This document shows, piece by piece, positions 36,413 to 48,976 of a stretch of 64,000 nt of DNA (position 1 is the first letter of the stretch; each line of letters opens with the position of its first letter). The notes beneath the pieces are model-generated. The model had not been told where the DNA came from. It was given only the letters and a program-made list of their open reading frames with translations, and made no database searches. The translations under genes were made by a program, and so were the position numbers. This DNA comes from Gracilinanus agilis (lineage: Eukaryota), in assembly GCF_016433145.1 (NCBI RefSeq), contig NC_058130.1, positions 591,631,900 through 591,695,899 of the forward strand, written 5' to 3'.

Positions 36413-38149
36413 AGATATTCCTTCAAACAATATCTACTAGTAACTTCTCTATAATTTAGAGTTTTCCAGAGTTGTCCGAGGCACTAAGAGGTTAAATAAC
36501 TTATTTAGAGTCACTTAGACAGCATGTGGCAGAGGTAGATTTGAATCCAAGTCTTTCTAATGTCAGGCCAGTTCTTTAACCAATACCTTTGTGAATATTA
36601 AAATGTTTTTAAAGGTCAGTTATCATTATTATCATGGTAATCTGCCAAAACAGGATAATGCACAACAATAAATCTACTCTAGGGTTGGAATAATCTTGTG
36701 TAGACACTCCTAGGAAGCTACTAGCTTGCATTAAAATGATTGGTTTTTATAGATTACTCAGGGGAATAGATTAGTATGAATGTTAACAAGGGATTTGAGA
36801 AGCTTTACATAATTTAGGCCAAGAAGCAGATGAACCAGGGAGGCATAAAATACCATTTTAAACCTCAGACTGGCCAGAAATTTGGGCCTTACTTCATGAT
36901 AAGGAAAAGCTTGCCTTTGGCAAGATATACTTGCTCACTCTAATACCCTATTAATCAGATTATGTATGATAATCATGAAAGGATTGACACTTCTTATTTT
37001 TCCCGTTTTTTCTTTCTACTTCTCACTTTCTTTCTTTCCTCTTTTTGCCCTCTGTTTCTTCCCTTCTAGTCCATATGCTCTTTGAAAGGAGGATGAATGT
37101 CTTATCTAAACTTGCAATCTTCCCCAGTGGCACCTTGGACAGTGTCCTGAACACAGCTGACACATAGTAAATGTTTGTGGTTCTTTCTTCCTTCTTTCTC
37201 ATTTCCCCTATGATATGAGACAAATGAAATTATCCTGTTATTATTAGTCATTGTGAAAAAACTCTGCTGGTGTCAGGTATACACTGGAATGGTTCCTGAT
37301 TCTTAAATGAGTGGGTGAATAAATCTCATGAAGTCATTCTTTATGCCATATGTTAGCAAAATGATTGTCATATAGCTCTATACTCTTGCTTCTAACAAGA
37401 CACTTTATAGGCAGATATTTAGTTGGAGAAGTAGCATATCTAAGTTCAAGCCCTAGACGTTGTCACCTACTAGCTTGGTGACCTTGGTTAAGTCACCCTT
37501 TCATGAACTCACTCAAAGGCTATGGTTATAGTGGTTGACAGTAGATGAGTTTCTGGTCTTCCTTGTTTGAAGGCGTTTCTACCCGGGAATTTTTTACATT
37601 AGTGACATTATAGGTAGAAGTAGAAGCCAAAAAACATATAAATATATGTGAAAAGTATGTTTTAACTATATATTATACACATAAATAATGCCTACTTTAG
37701 TAAAAGCAACACTCACATAGATTTTTATAATGAAAACAAATAGAAACAATGTATGAATATTGTGAAATTCTGATAATGAGAGCCCCTAATCTCTACCATA
37801 TTATGCTATTGAGCCAAACTTATGATCTATTACTCTTCTTTCTAAATAGGTGGTCTCTAATATACTCCAAGGAAAATAATTTTTATAATTTCTATTTCTA
37901 CATCCTTTGATCTTCATCCAAATGCTTTTTAATTTGATGTCCCTCTTATGATTCCTGGATTTTCTTTTATGAGTTTATCTCATATATCTACATAATATGA
38001 ATGCTGTCATATGGTGAAAACAGAGCTAAAAAGCAAAATTATATTGACTTTAATGTGGATAGCAGACAAGGGATACTGAAGAAGGAGAGTCACATAGAAA
38101 AGAAAATACATTTAAAAAGCACTTAGAAGATATAGCTAAAGTTAGGAAA

Positions 38150-38430
38150 ATCATCAATTTAGAGGTGGATAGCATCTTACAGGTCATGTCATCCTACTTA
38201 TACTCTTTACAGGAGAAGAGACTTGGGCCAAGAGAAGTTATTTCTTGTGGTTCAGTTTTGTTTGACTCGGTGACCCCATTTGGAGTTTTCCTGACAAAGA
38301 TACTGGAGTGGTTTGCTATTTCCTTCTCTGGTTCATTTTATATATGAGGAAACCAAGGCAATCAGAAAGATGACTCTTCCTGATTCTAGGCCTGGCACTC
38401 TATCCATTGTGCCACCTACCTGCCCAAGAA
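38150..38430 (-). mobile_element. MAR1-like CORE-SINE
   Basis: 'gactcggtgaccccatttggagttttcctgacaaagatactggagtggtttgctatttccttctc..tgaggaaaccaaggc..ccattgtgccacctacctgccc'. Confidence 0.8.
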
Positions 38431-40069
38431 AGGTTAAATAACTTGCTAAAGTCTACACATTAGTCAAGTGATGAATCCAGGTCCTCTGATTCCAATTCCA
38501 ATATCCACTTTCCACTGCTTCTGACTTAGTTTGAATCATACCCCTCCCCTCTAGGGCATGTAGGGACATGGTTGCAGATACTAAAGGGAAAAATAGGTCC
38601 AATAACTCTGTGTATTTGTTCTTATTCACACAAAAGTAAAACACAAAATAGGATTCCTCATCATATTGCTCCAAGTCCTTAAACAAACAAAACACACACA
38701 TAATCTCCCTGATTGCAGCTGGCTTTGTACAGATATGTGGTGGCTGAATAGCTCATCCCCATCATCTGATTCAGCACATATCGTTTAAATCCAACCATGT
38801 GGTGTTTGCTGAAAATGTGGCCTAGAAAATTTGCACAAGGAGAATAGGCTCACTGATAAGCTGTTACTGTTGTTATGATTATACATTTGTTGATCTCTAA
38901 CAGTGTCTTAGAACATTAAAAGAGGGTGTCCCTTGTCCTCTGTAGCCTCAGCATTTTGCATTTTAAAAAGCACTAATTCATTTGCACATTTTCAATCTTG
39001 ATTTTCTTTCAGTAGTGACTATGTTAAATTCTTTTCATTTATTCCTAAACTAATAAACACTTTGCTTGGGATTGAGGGCTTGTTTTTGAACATAGAGAGG
39101 ACTTTATGTACATCCTCCCACATTGATTAAGTAATTAAATTTAGGTTACCTTAAACTGCTTTGGGATTTTAGAAATTCATAACCTCAAGTTATGCTTTAT
39201 TATTCATATCAGCACATGCCTAATGTTAAAAGGTTTCTTAAATTTCTTTGCTTCACTGACCAGGATATTAGGGTTCTCCTTATGGTTCTGACTATGATTA
39301 CACTGTGACCTTGGGCAAATGCCTGGGCTTCTGTTTCCTCATATCTAAAAGGAGGAGCTTGGAATAAAAGATCTCTAAAGCTCTCCCAATGCTAAAATTC
39401 CCTAAGTTTTGTTAGGATATAAAACACTATGAGCAAAGTTAAATTCACAGAATCATGAAATTTTAAGTCTAAATTATGTTGTACACAAATTTTGCCTCTG
39501 TCTTCTCAGATTGCTAAAGTGATTGATATGTTTTTTTTCCTAGTTAGCCAATCAACTAACCTTTGTTAAGTTCCTATTATGTGCAAGGCACTATGCTGAG
39601 GATTGAGTGATGATTAGGGAAACCTCAGTCTGAAAGTCCATCCCATACTAAAATTCATACTGTGAATCTGGCCCAAATTCCTAAAACTAGCCAGGCCCAC
39701 ATTCTCAGGGTCTCCAAGAGATATGTAGGAGCACCTAATTCATAGGTAGGATTATTAAAATACATAGAAGGTAATATGATCTTTCTTCTTTCTCTTTGCT
39801 CTGTTAAGGGATTTAGAAGAATGAATGAATTACTGTGGCTCTGAACTTCTACAACTCTCACCTTGTTTTGTAATCAGCAGTATTTCTAATAATCTTGGTA
39901 GACTGGAAGAGATAAGATTATTTAGAAGCATTGTAGTTCTTGGGTAGGTACCTTCCTCTCTAAGTAGTTTTCTTATATGTATCAATTTGTGTATTTGTTG
40001 TCTTCCCATAATTTGTTCAGTTGATCTCTAGTTGAGAAGCATTCTCTTAGTTCCTAGTTCTTTGTTTTT

Positions 40070-40245
40070 CTAAAAATGGTATATGTATGGAACATTATTA
40101 TACCATATTATATACCATATTATACCATAAGAAGTGATGAAAGAGGCTTAAATAAACCTGAGAAGACATGTATGAATTGAGGCAGAGTGAAGCTAGTAGA
40201 ACCAGGAAAGCAATTTATACTGTGACAATATAAATTTAAAGACAA
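40070..40245 (+). mobile_element. Short L1 ORF2 3'-terminal fragment
   Basis: 'aatggtatatgtatggaacattatta..aagaagtgatga..aacctgagaagacatgtatgaattgaggcagagtgaag..agaaccagg'. Confidence 0.7.
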
Positions 40246-40249
40246 GCAA

Positions 40250-41260
40250 CTTTTCTCTCATCTTAAAATCCCTTGCATCATTTCCCTATTCTCCACTTCT
40301 TTTACTTTATTCTCTGACGAATAAAGTAATCATTAAAGTCAGTCCATTTATTTGTATCCTCGATATCACCTCCACATTTCTTTAATCTTTTCCCTCTTCT
40401 AACATTCTCTTTATCTACTGGCTTTTACTCTGATATATTTATTACCAAGTCACTTCCATCCTAAAAATGAATAAAACATAACAAACAATAACCTCTTCAC
40501 ATGACCCTACTATCCCCCCAAACTATTCTCTTATCTCCTCTTCTATTTGTAGTCAAACTGGAAAAAATCCATCTACTTTTGTTCTTTTTGTTTTCTCACA
40601 CCTGCTGCTCTCTTCTCAACTGCTTATAATCTGGCCCTTCTGTCACTTGACTCAAAAGATACTATCCAAAGTTATTAATGATCTCTTAGTTGCCAATCCA
40701 ATGCTCCTAGCCTCCTTTTTTTGGTTCCTCTCTTCTTGACCTCTCTAGAGTGCTAATACAGTTGAACATCCATCTCTTGCTGAATGCTATCTTCTCACAG
40801 ACTTTTTTGTGAAACTTCTCTCTTTTGCTTCTCTTACTTGTCTTATCCTATTCATTTTCCATTGCTGGATGTTTAGCCATATCCCATTTTCTATTTAGCT
40901 ATATTTCATTTCCTGGGGTCTGCCCAATGCTCTCTGCTCTCCCTTCCCTATTCCCTTGTTCTTTGTGATCTCATTCATTCCTGTTGGCCCAGTGATCATT
41001 TCTGCAAATAACTTCCAGATAAAGATCTCTAGTAATTTTTTCTTTTGATCTCCAAATCAGAATAACTAACTTTTTGACATTTCCTACTTAATTTCCTATA
41101 GGCAACTCAAACTTGACATGTTCCAAATTGAACTCATTATCTTACTCCCAATCTTATCCTTTTGCTAAACTTGCCTATGTCTTCTGAGGGCTTCTATTAT
41201 CCTTATTCTCTCAAGTTTACAAACTTGGTTTCATTCTAGACTCTTTCCTTTTACTTTATT
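40250..41260 (+). mobile_element. L2 fragment (RT region)
   Basis: Pyrimidine-rich L2 body with 'tccaaagttattaatgatctcttagttgccaatccaatg..cttgacctctct' (KVINDLLVA..LDLS). Confidence 0.8.
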
Positions 41261-41261
41261 C

Positions 41262-41480
41262 TAGTGTTGAAGTGGATTGAGTGCTAGCCTTGGAGTCAAG
41301 ATGACCTGAATTTAAATCTCGTCTCAGATACTTACTAGTTGTGTGACCTTGGGTAAGACTTAACAGCTATCTACTTCAGTTTCCCCATCTGTAAAATGGG
41401 GATAATAGTAAAGTTATTGTGAAGATAAAATGAGATAATATTTGTAAAGCACTTTGCAGACCTTAAAGTTCTAAATAATT
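41262..41480 (+). mobile_element. MIR
   Basis: 'gccttggagtcaagatgacctgaatttaaatct..cttactagttgtgtgaccttgggtaag..cagtttccccatctgtaaaatggggataata..gttattgtgaagataaaatgaga'. Confidence 0.85.
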
Positions 41481-42924
41481 GCTAATGATTTTTATTAATA
41501 GCAAAAGAAAAAGAATTACTTCCCAGCCCTTCTATACATACCTTTCAACCTACCTGTTGCGCTTTCCTAAGTTCAGGCTCTTTTATCTGATGATTTCACC
41601 TGTGAAAATGGAAATAGGATGTCTGTTGAGTTTACTATACATGATTCATCCCATCATCATGAATTTCCCAATTCCCCAGCTTCTTGATTGAGAATTTTGA
41701 TATGTCTTTACTTGCCTATAATATACTATCATTCTGTCTCCATAAACAAGGGGTTCAAGCAACTGAACTAGAACTGTATTAGAAATCTCCTAAGACACCT
41801 GGAAAATTACAAGAGGTCAAGGAGAATAGAAATGAAAGGCAAAACCATCCTAGAGGACATTTCCTTAATAATCTATCAAAATAAAAGACTGATTTGCCTA
41901 CTCCAACAGAGATAGTCAGATCCTCCAATCTAATTTTATTGTAAAAGGCAAGATATAATACATATAAAGGCCAATGGTGAACTAGAATTAAAAGCAAATT
42001 CTGGAAAATGTGTTTATATGCTTTGTCAAAATATATCGTAGCTGTCATCACTCTTCTTTTAGCAAAACAAAATGTTATGTCCTCCTCCTCCTCCCGCTCT
42101 GTCAAGGCAGACACATTTAAAAACAACAACAATACTAGTGTAATAAATTTAATTTTGGAGATAAAATGAAAAAATCTTAAAAAGGAATAGAGACTAATCA
42201 AAGAGAATAAAAATTTCCATTTAAAAACATTTGTTCAATTCGAAGTCAGACCATTAACAATGTTACTTGGGGAAAATTCACTCTAATCATTTTTGTTTGA
42301 CTTGAAGATTAATTCCAGTTGTTAACACATTTTATTTGCATCCCTCACTTGCCTTTATAGACTTTGCCTGTGTTGTTGCTATCTCTGTATTTATTTTTAT
42401 ATTAAAATGATGAATTGATTGTGAATGAGGAAGGCTGCATTCCATTGTTCATTCCCCATCATTACAACTCTGTCCCTCTGTCAGCTCTGCTCACATGGTT
42501 CCACAAGTACCACCTAAGCCTTCTTGGAGGGTCGACAATAATGTGAGGACAGTGGGTGTTTGCATCCCCTTACTCATCTTGTGCCAGTCAGCTGCTAGCT
42601 TTAATTAATATGTACCAACAACACAGTCACACAGGAGGTGACTATTGAAATCACAGCATTTCATTTGAGACACCCACAGAGAAGCTGGGTCAAAAGGACT
42701 CTTCCCTGGTTCCTTATTCTGGTAAGCAATTTCATGACTGCTATTTGTCCTTTTAGATTATATTTTAGTTTTAACCCAAGATATTCTTTGGTCTTGATAT
42801 TATTCTTCAGGTTTGGCATTGTTTTGGTACTTAAGAGACTTGCATCTATGAAGGAAAAGGAAATTCCAGATGTTCTGATGGAATATTTTGCTACTTTTCC
42901 ACTTTAGAAAACAGAAGAAAGTCA

Positions 42925-43050
42925 CATTTGCTTCTCTCTTTCTCTCCCTCTTTTTCTCCCTTTCCTTTTCTTCATCTCTCTTTCTTGCTTTTTTCTTTCT
43001 CTCTATGCCCCTTTCCCTCCCCCTTTTTCCATTTCTCCATTCCTTTTTCT
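42925..43050. repeat. CT-rich low-complexity tract
   Basis: Seen directly. Confidence 0.85.
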
Positions 43051-43661
43051 CCATTTTGAGACATTCATAAGCCTCCTTAATGAAAATGATAGCGAGGTTA
43101 AAGAGGCAGGATACTCTCATGCAAACTGCACTGAAGTGGGAGTTTAAAAAACGAATTCTGTTCATCCTCACTTTGCAATTTATTAATATAATATGAATGA
43201 CGGTGTGTCCAGCTGTCCCTCTGAACCTTCATTTCCTTGTCTATAAAAAGAACAGGTTGAATTACATGACTGAGTTCCATGTCATTTTAAAATTCTATAC
43301 TCTTATGAGAGAGATCTGACTTCTAAATGGGGGGAAGAAAATAGGTGAGAAATAAATTATTTCCAGATTGTCAGCTAGATGGGCAGTACTTGAGTCATTG
43401 CATCCATGAAGATACTTTGGATAGGCATTGAAGAACAAGGTAGGCTAAGAATTGTGTATTCAAAGGAGGTTTGATCGCATCAGATTTAGTTCACTGTGTA
43501 GCACTTTTCCCCCATAGCACTTCTAAAGAGCCCTTAGAATTCATAGCCACAAAATTTTATTTCTTAACCCTTGGCCAGTATTTTCCTAGTAAATCTATAT
43601 GACTAAAAATTAAACATTGTCAAGGTTTCTGAAGAATCCAGATTGCTATTTACTTTATGGT

Positions 43662-43926
43662 GTATAAATGAATATTTTGAACCTTGGATTTCATCCCCCA
43701 TAAGTCCCTTAGTTTTCCCAAAATTCCCTTTAATCTCTCCTGTGCCTCCACGTTTGTGTGGTCACATTATTGTTTTATATTTGGCTGTAACTCCTCCTTC
43801 TTTCTCTTTTGTTGCTGGGAGCAGGCTGGTTAGTAACCTTTTAGTTAGGTCTTTGTTAGTTTATTATTAATAAAACATTCATAAATATAATACTTAGTGT
43901 TTTGCATATTAATTTTAATCTCCACA
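43662..43926 (+). mobile_element. Short solo LTR (about 265 bp)
   Basis: TG...CA ends with flanks atgg/atag, internal AATAAA at about 43868, typical marsupial short-LTR text 'ttggatttcatccccataagtccc'. Confidence 0.65.
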
Positions 43927-43963
43927 ATAGGAAGTGACATGAAAGCATGTATTGGGCCATATT

Positions 43964-44216
43964 GGGAACAGGTAGTTGGTTCAGTTTATAGAGATCCAGG
44001 CCTCAGATCAGGAAGACCTCAGTTTCCAAAGATCAAATCTAGCCTCAGAAACTTAATAACCATGTGATCCTGAGTAGGTCACTTCACCGTATCTGCCTCA
44101 TTTTCCTCATCTGCAAAATAAGCTGGAGAAGAAATGTCAAACCAGTATCTTTGCCAAGAAAAACCCAAATGGGGTCTCAAAGAGCTAGACACAACTGAAA
44201 TGACTGAACAACAAAA
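43964..44216 (+). mobile_element. MAR1-type SINE, near full length
   Basis: tRNA-like head, CORE, and RTE-like tail 'ggagaagaaatgtcaaaccagtatctttgccaagaaaaacccaaatggggtc..gacacaactgaaatgactgaacaacaa'. Confidence 0.9.
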
Positions 44217-44544
44217 TCATGCAAAATCTAGATTTTGGGTCTTTCTCATCACCAAACCAATACTTTTTACATAACAAATATGCAATTCTGGTCCACACTT
44301 TTCATAAAATATTCCCCAATAGACTAGTCATTGTTTCACTGCATAAAATCTCTATGAAGGGCATATATACACCTAGAAAAAGAGATAATTTCATCTATTA
44401 TCAAAAATGTAAGACATCAATTTGATAGCTTTAGTAATATTTAGTAATATTTCAGTACCATTAAGAATATTAAAGTAACCAGAATCTCAGACTTCAGATA
44501 TTTAATGTAGTTATACCTCTATAAATTCTAACTCTTCTAAGCAG

Positions 44545-45050
44545 CAAGGTGGTGCAATGAATAGGGAGGGTGCTGGGCTTGGAGTCATGAAGAATGAATT
44601 CAGTTCCAACCTTAGATTCTTTTTAGCTGTATGGCCCTGGGCAAGCCACTTAAACTTTTCCTCAGTTTCCCTGACTAAAAATGTTGATAATAACAGTACT
44701 TTCCTCCTAGGGTTGTTGGCATGATCAACTATGATAATATTTATAAAGTGTCTAATACGATGCCTGCCACAGAGTAGGAGCTTAATAGATATTTGTTTCA
44801 TTCTTCCTTTCCTCCCACATATGATGCAACATAGCCTAATAAATTAGAAATCCATCCAAAAATCTTGAATTTCAATCCTGCCTCTGACATATACTGACTG
44901 TGTGATCTTTGGCAAGTCATGTAACTTTTAAGTACTCTAAGCAGTTCTCTAAAATATAGGTTACAAAGAAGGTGCCATCCTATATTGAAAAAGGGATCTT
45001 CTGTGTCAGAGAATCCCTTATGCCAGTGAAATAAAAGCTTAATGCCCATC
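44545..45050 (+). mobile_element. MIR (44545-44800) followed by a second CORE-SINE (44830-45050)
   Basis: 'gggcttggagtca..ctgtatggccctgggcaagccacttaa..cctcagtttcc' and 'tcaatcctgcctctgacatatactgactgtgtgatctttggcaagtca'. Confidence 0.75.
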
Positions 45051-45192
45051 TATGATTCCTTCCTTTACTACTTCTACATAAGCTCCTCTTAAGTCTTTTA
45101 CTCATTAGCCAAATCTGTGCCATACTGTAGCAGAAAAGAATCACTGGTGGGCATAATTTTAACTCACATGATGCTTTAAAGAGATATGCCCA

Positions 45193-45368
45193 GGGGGCAG
45201 CTGGGTGGCTCAGTGGATTTAGAGTTAGACCCAGAGATAGGAGGTCCTAGGTTTAAATCTGGCCTCAGACACTTTCTAGCTGTGTGACCCTGGGCAAGTC
45301 ATTTAACCCCATTGCCTAGTCTTTATTGCTCTTCTGCCTTGGAACCAATACACAGTATTGATTCTAAG
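45193..45368 (+). mobile_element. SINE1_Mdo-type SINE (long-tail variant), cut by a gap
   Basis: gggggcagctgggtggctcagtggat..aggtcctaggtttaaatctggcctcagacac..ttggaaccaatacacagtattgattctaag, then Ns. Confidence 0.93.
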
Positions 45369-45499
45369 NNNNNNNNNNNNNNNNNNNNNNNNNNNNNNNN
45401 NNNNNNNNNNNNNNNNNNNNNNNNNNNNNNNNNNNNNNNNNNNNNNNNNNNNNNNNNNNNNNNNNNNNNNNNNNNNNNNNNNNNNNNNNNNNNNNNNNN
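45369..45499. other. Assembly gap (131 N)
   Basis: Run of N. Confidence 1.
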
Positions 45500-46860
45500 A
45501 TTGGGAGGGAGAGAGAGAGAAAGAGAGAGAGAGATGCACAAAAAAGAAAGCATATGAGTCACCTTTGACCCTGAGAGGGTAGGTGCACTCTGCCAAAATC
45601 ATTTCTGCAAGGACTATTTGTGATATCTGGCATAGAAGGTAGGCCAAGGGATGGAACACCCAACTCAAGAGTATTAGTTGACTTGGGTTTTAATTCCAGA
45701 TCATTGTGTGTCTCTGACCTTTGTTCCATGTACAAACATTTCTGTTAGTCTGAAAGGAACCCGATGGTGGAGATCAAGCAGTTCCAATTCCATCTAGCTT
45801 GGGGTTTATGTTTAACATTATGGTTTGATTTGTGAGGAAGACCTCATCCATAAATCATTCTATATGACATTACTGATAATTATATTATTGGTAGCTTCTC
45901 TGCCACTCTTCTTCTGTATTATAGGAAATGGGTTTGAACTGAATCTATTGCTTAATGCAAGCAAACAATAGGCCTACTCCATCTACCGTTTGGGTTCATG
46001 TGGTCATATAGGAATTGCTCACCATTGATTTGACTGCTATCATGGCGTTGACCACTCATTTGGATGAACTACCATGCATGTTCAACTTTCCCCTTTAAGT
46101 CATGGTGAAGTGGAGTAGACTCCATGGGTTGGAGTCCTGGCTCTGTCACTTGTTCACTAAGGAGCCATGGGCTATTTAATCCATTTGAGGCTCACATTTC
46201 TTCAGGTGTAAAATGGAGAGAATGCCATGTTGTGTACACCACAAGGCTGTTGTGAGAGAAAGCAAACCATTAAAATTATTATTATCTCTCTGCCCTATAA
46301 TTTCCCTTTCTGTGAAATGGGGATGCTGTCACTTCTGTACTCTTTAAAAGGCTATTGTAAGAATGTGAGATAATAAATTTGAAAGTGCTTTGAACTCTTT
46401 AGGGGACAGCTGAGGTAATATATTATCATAATGGGTTCATCTTATTTGACATATTAAAAATAATTGTGACAGTAGGAGGGCAAAGCTGTCTCATTACTGG
46501 ATATTTAATATAAGCCTTTAGCGGCCTGTTGGCAAAAGAAGCATATTAGCTCAATATGACGCCAGTGGGGAATTGTTTAATTATAACAGAACGGTGGCAC
46601 AAAAGATATGATTATTGCCCAGGAGCAGTTTGAGATTCAATTCATTCTTATGGTTTTCCAGAGCTGCTTTTAGCCTGCCCTTCCCACAGAGGTTTTGCAA
46701 ACTATAGAGTGGAAAGCGAATGCTTGAGTTTATCTGAAATTATTGGCAAAGATAAAGCATGTCAACAAAGCAGCAAATGCTTCATGGATTATTCCCTTTT
46801 CTGTGCCCTCTGACTCCTTGCAATTGTCCTGTTTTCATCTGCTAGTTTTTCCCTCCCTTC

Positions 46861-47416
46861 NNNNNNNNNNNNNNNNNNNNNNNNNNNNNNNNNNNNNNNN
46901 NNNNNNNNNNNNNNNNNNNNNNNNNNNNNNNNNNNNNNNNNNNNNNNNNNNNNNNNNNNNNNNNNNNNNNNNNNNNNNNNNNNNNNNNNNNNNNNNNNNN
47001 NNNNNNNNNNNNNNNNNNNNNNNNNNNNNNNNNNNNNNNNNNNNNNNNNNNNNNNNNNNNNNNNNNNNNNNNNNNNNNNNNNNNNNNNNNNNNNNNNNNN
47101 NNNNNNNNNNNNNNNNNNNNNNNNNNNNNNNNNNNNNNNNNNNNNNNNNNNNNNNNNNNNNNNNNNNNNNNNNNNNNNNNNNNNNNNNNNNNNNNNNNNN
47201 NNNNNNNNNNNNNNNNNNNNNNNNNNNNNNNNNNNNNNNNNNNNNNNNNNNNNNNNNNNNNNNNNNNNNNNNNNNNNNNNNNNNNNNNNNNNNNNNNNNN
47301 NNNNNNNNNNNNNNNNNNNNNNNNNNNNNNNNNNNNNNNNNNNNNNNNNNNNNNNNNNNNNNNNNNNNNNNNNNNNNNNNNNNNNNNNNNNNNNNNNNNN
47401 NNNNNNNNNNNNNNNN
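46861..47416. other. Assembly gap (556 N)
   Basis: Run of N flanked by CT-rich sequence. Confidence 1.
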
Positions 47417-48784
47417 CCCTCCCCCTCTCTGATGAGATCTTTAAAAACATCTTTTCTTTTTTATATCTCAGCATCCTCGGAGCTTTGAGGATACTGAACT
47501 GGCACAATCTGAGTACCTGGATGCCATTTGTGCTACACCAGTGGAAAGATGTGAACAGACTCTATTTATTATAGCCCCCAAATCCCTTTGGGATATTTGA
47601 GAAGATGACGTAATATTAAATTGCCATATTATGTAGAAAAAGAAGAGGCAGAAGCAGTACCATCATAGTGGATAGAGGACCCAGAAAAACCTGTGTTCAA
47701 GATCCGCATTTAATGAATAATAATATTAATTTTATGGCACTTCGTGATTTACAAATTACTTTACATATATTATTATCTCATCTGAATTTCACAATAACAT
47801 TAGGAAGTAGATGCCATCATTAGCTCCATGTTACAGAGGAGGAAAACTTGGCTGGGACAGTTTGAGTGAATTGCCAAAGTTCATAAAACCTGTAAGTATA
47901 TGGGGCAGAAATCTAAGTCACATCTTCTTGACTCCCAATTTAATACCTGCCACATACAGGTTTTGTGTCCCTGGGCAAATAATTTAATATCTTAGTGCCA
48001 CCAAACATGTCTCTAAAACTAAAGGCTCATGATAAGTTGCAAATCACATCCCCCTCCCAGAAAAAGGATATGATAAAGTAATCAAGAATAAGTTGGAGAA
48101 GTGATGGTGTGAGTTTAATTGTTCTATGAATATACGTGTGTCTATTATATTCCTGTGATCTCTTCATGGGTAGCCATTTTCTTAGTGATCTTCACATTGA
48201 CCACTAGCATCAGGCTCAGGTGAAAAAGCAAGCTTTGTTTTCCTTTATGGTGCACAGAGTTGACTGAAGACACTTGTCCTTATTGGTCATGTATAGGGAC
48301 ATTAATTATAAAAACAAAGAGGAGAGAACAAATGTCCTTTAAATCAGGTCATGATTCAGAGAATCAGTAAGAAGTCAGCTGTTTAGTTTTAATACCTTTC
48401 TGGGTGCAGGTCATTTAAAAAAATGACAAATATATATTAAAATTGTTCTACAAATTATGCTAATTTGAGACAGGTTTTTTTTTCTTTATTTATTTAAAAA
48501 TACCTGTGGGTTTGTTATCTCATTAGTATTTAGTGCGTATATTGTCCTAGCTGATAGATTATTTTCATTACCCAGTTTCTTTTAAGGTAATTTGAAAAGT
48601 AAAGGTTGCTTCTGCCTAATGAGCTTCCAATGATCAGAATGGGATCCTTTGTCAAGGTGTTTTGGTGTTGGATTTGTGTTCAGCAGGCCAGGTCTTCTCT
48701 GGAGGCCTCACCCTTAAATAGCTTCCTGTGCTGTCCAGTAACATCATGATATCATATTCTTGGCAGCATATCTGCCATTTATTT

Positions 48785-48976
48785 ATTTAAAAAAATTTTT
48801 TAACCCTTAACTTCTGTGTCTTGGCTCCTAGGTGGAAGAGTGATAAGGGTGGGCAATGGGGGTCAAGTGACTTGCCCAGGGTCACACAGCTGGGAAGTGT
48901 CTGAGGCTGGATTTGAACCTAGGACCTCCCATCTCTAGGTCTGACTCTCAATCCTCTGAGCTACCCAGCTGCCCCT
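48785..48976 (-). mobile_element. SINE1_Mdo-type SINE (short-tail variant)
   Basis: Full reverse-strand copy; 14-bp TSD tctgc[c/t]atttattt at 48771-48784 and 48977-48990. Confidence 0.95.

Noticed and set aside
41779-42201. 140-aa minus-strand ORF
   Set aside because: Low-information AT-rich codons, no splice or start context and no recognisable domain; within the chance range for this window.
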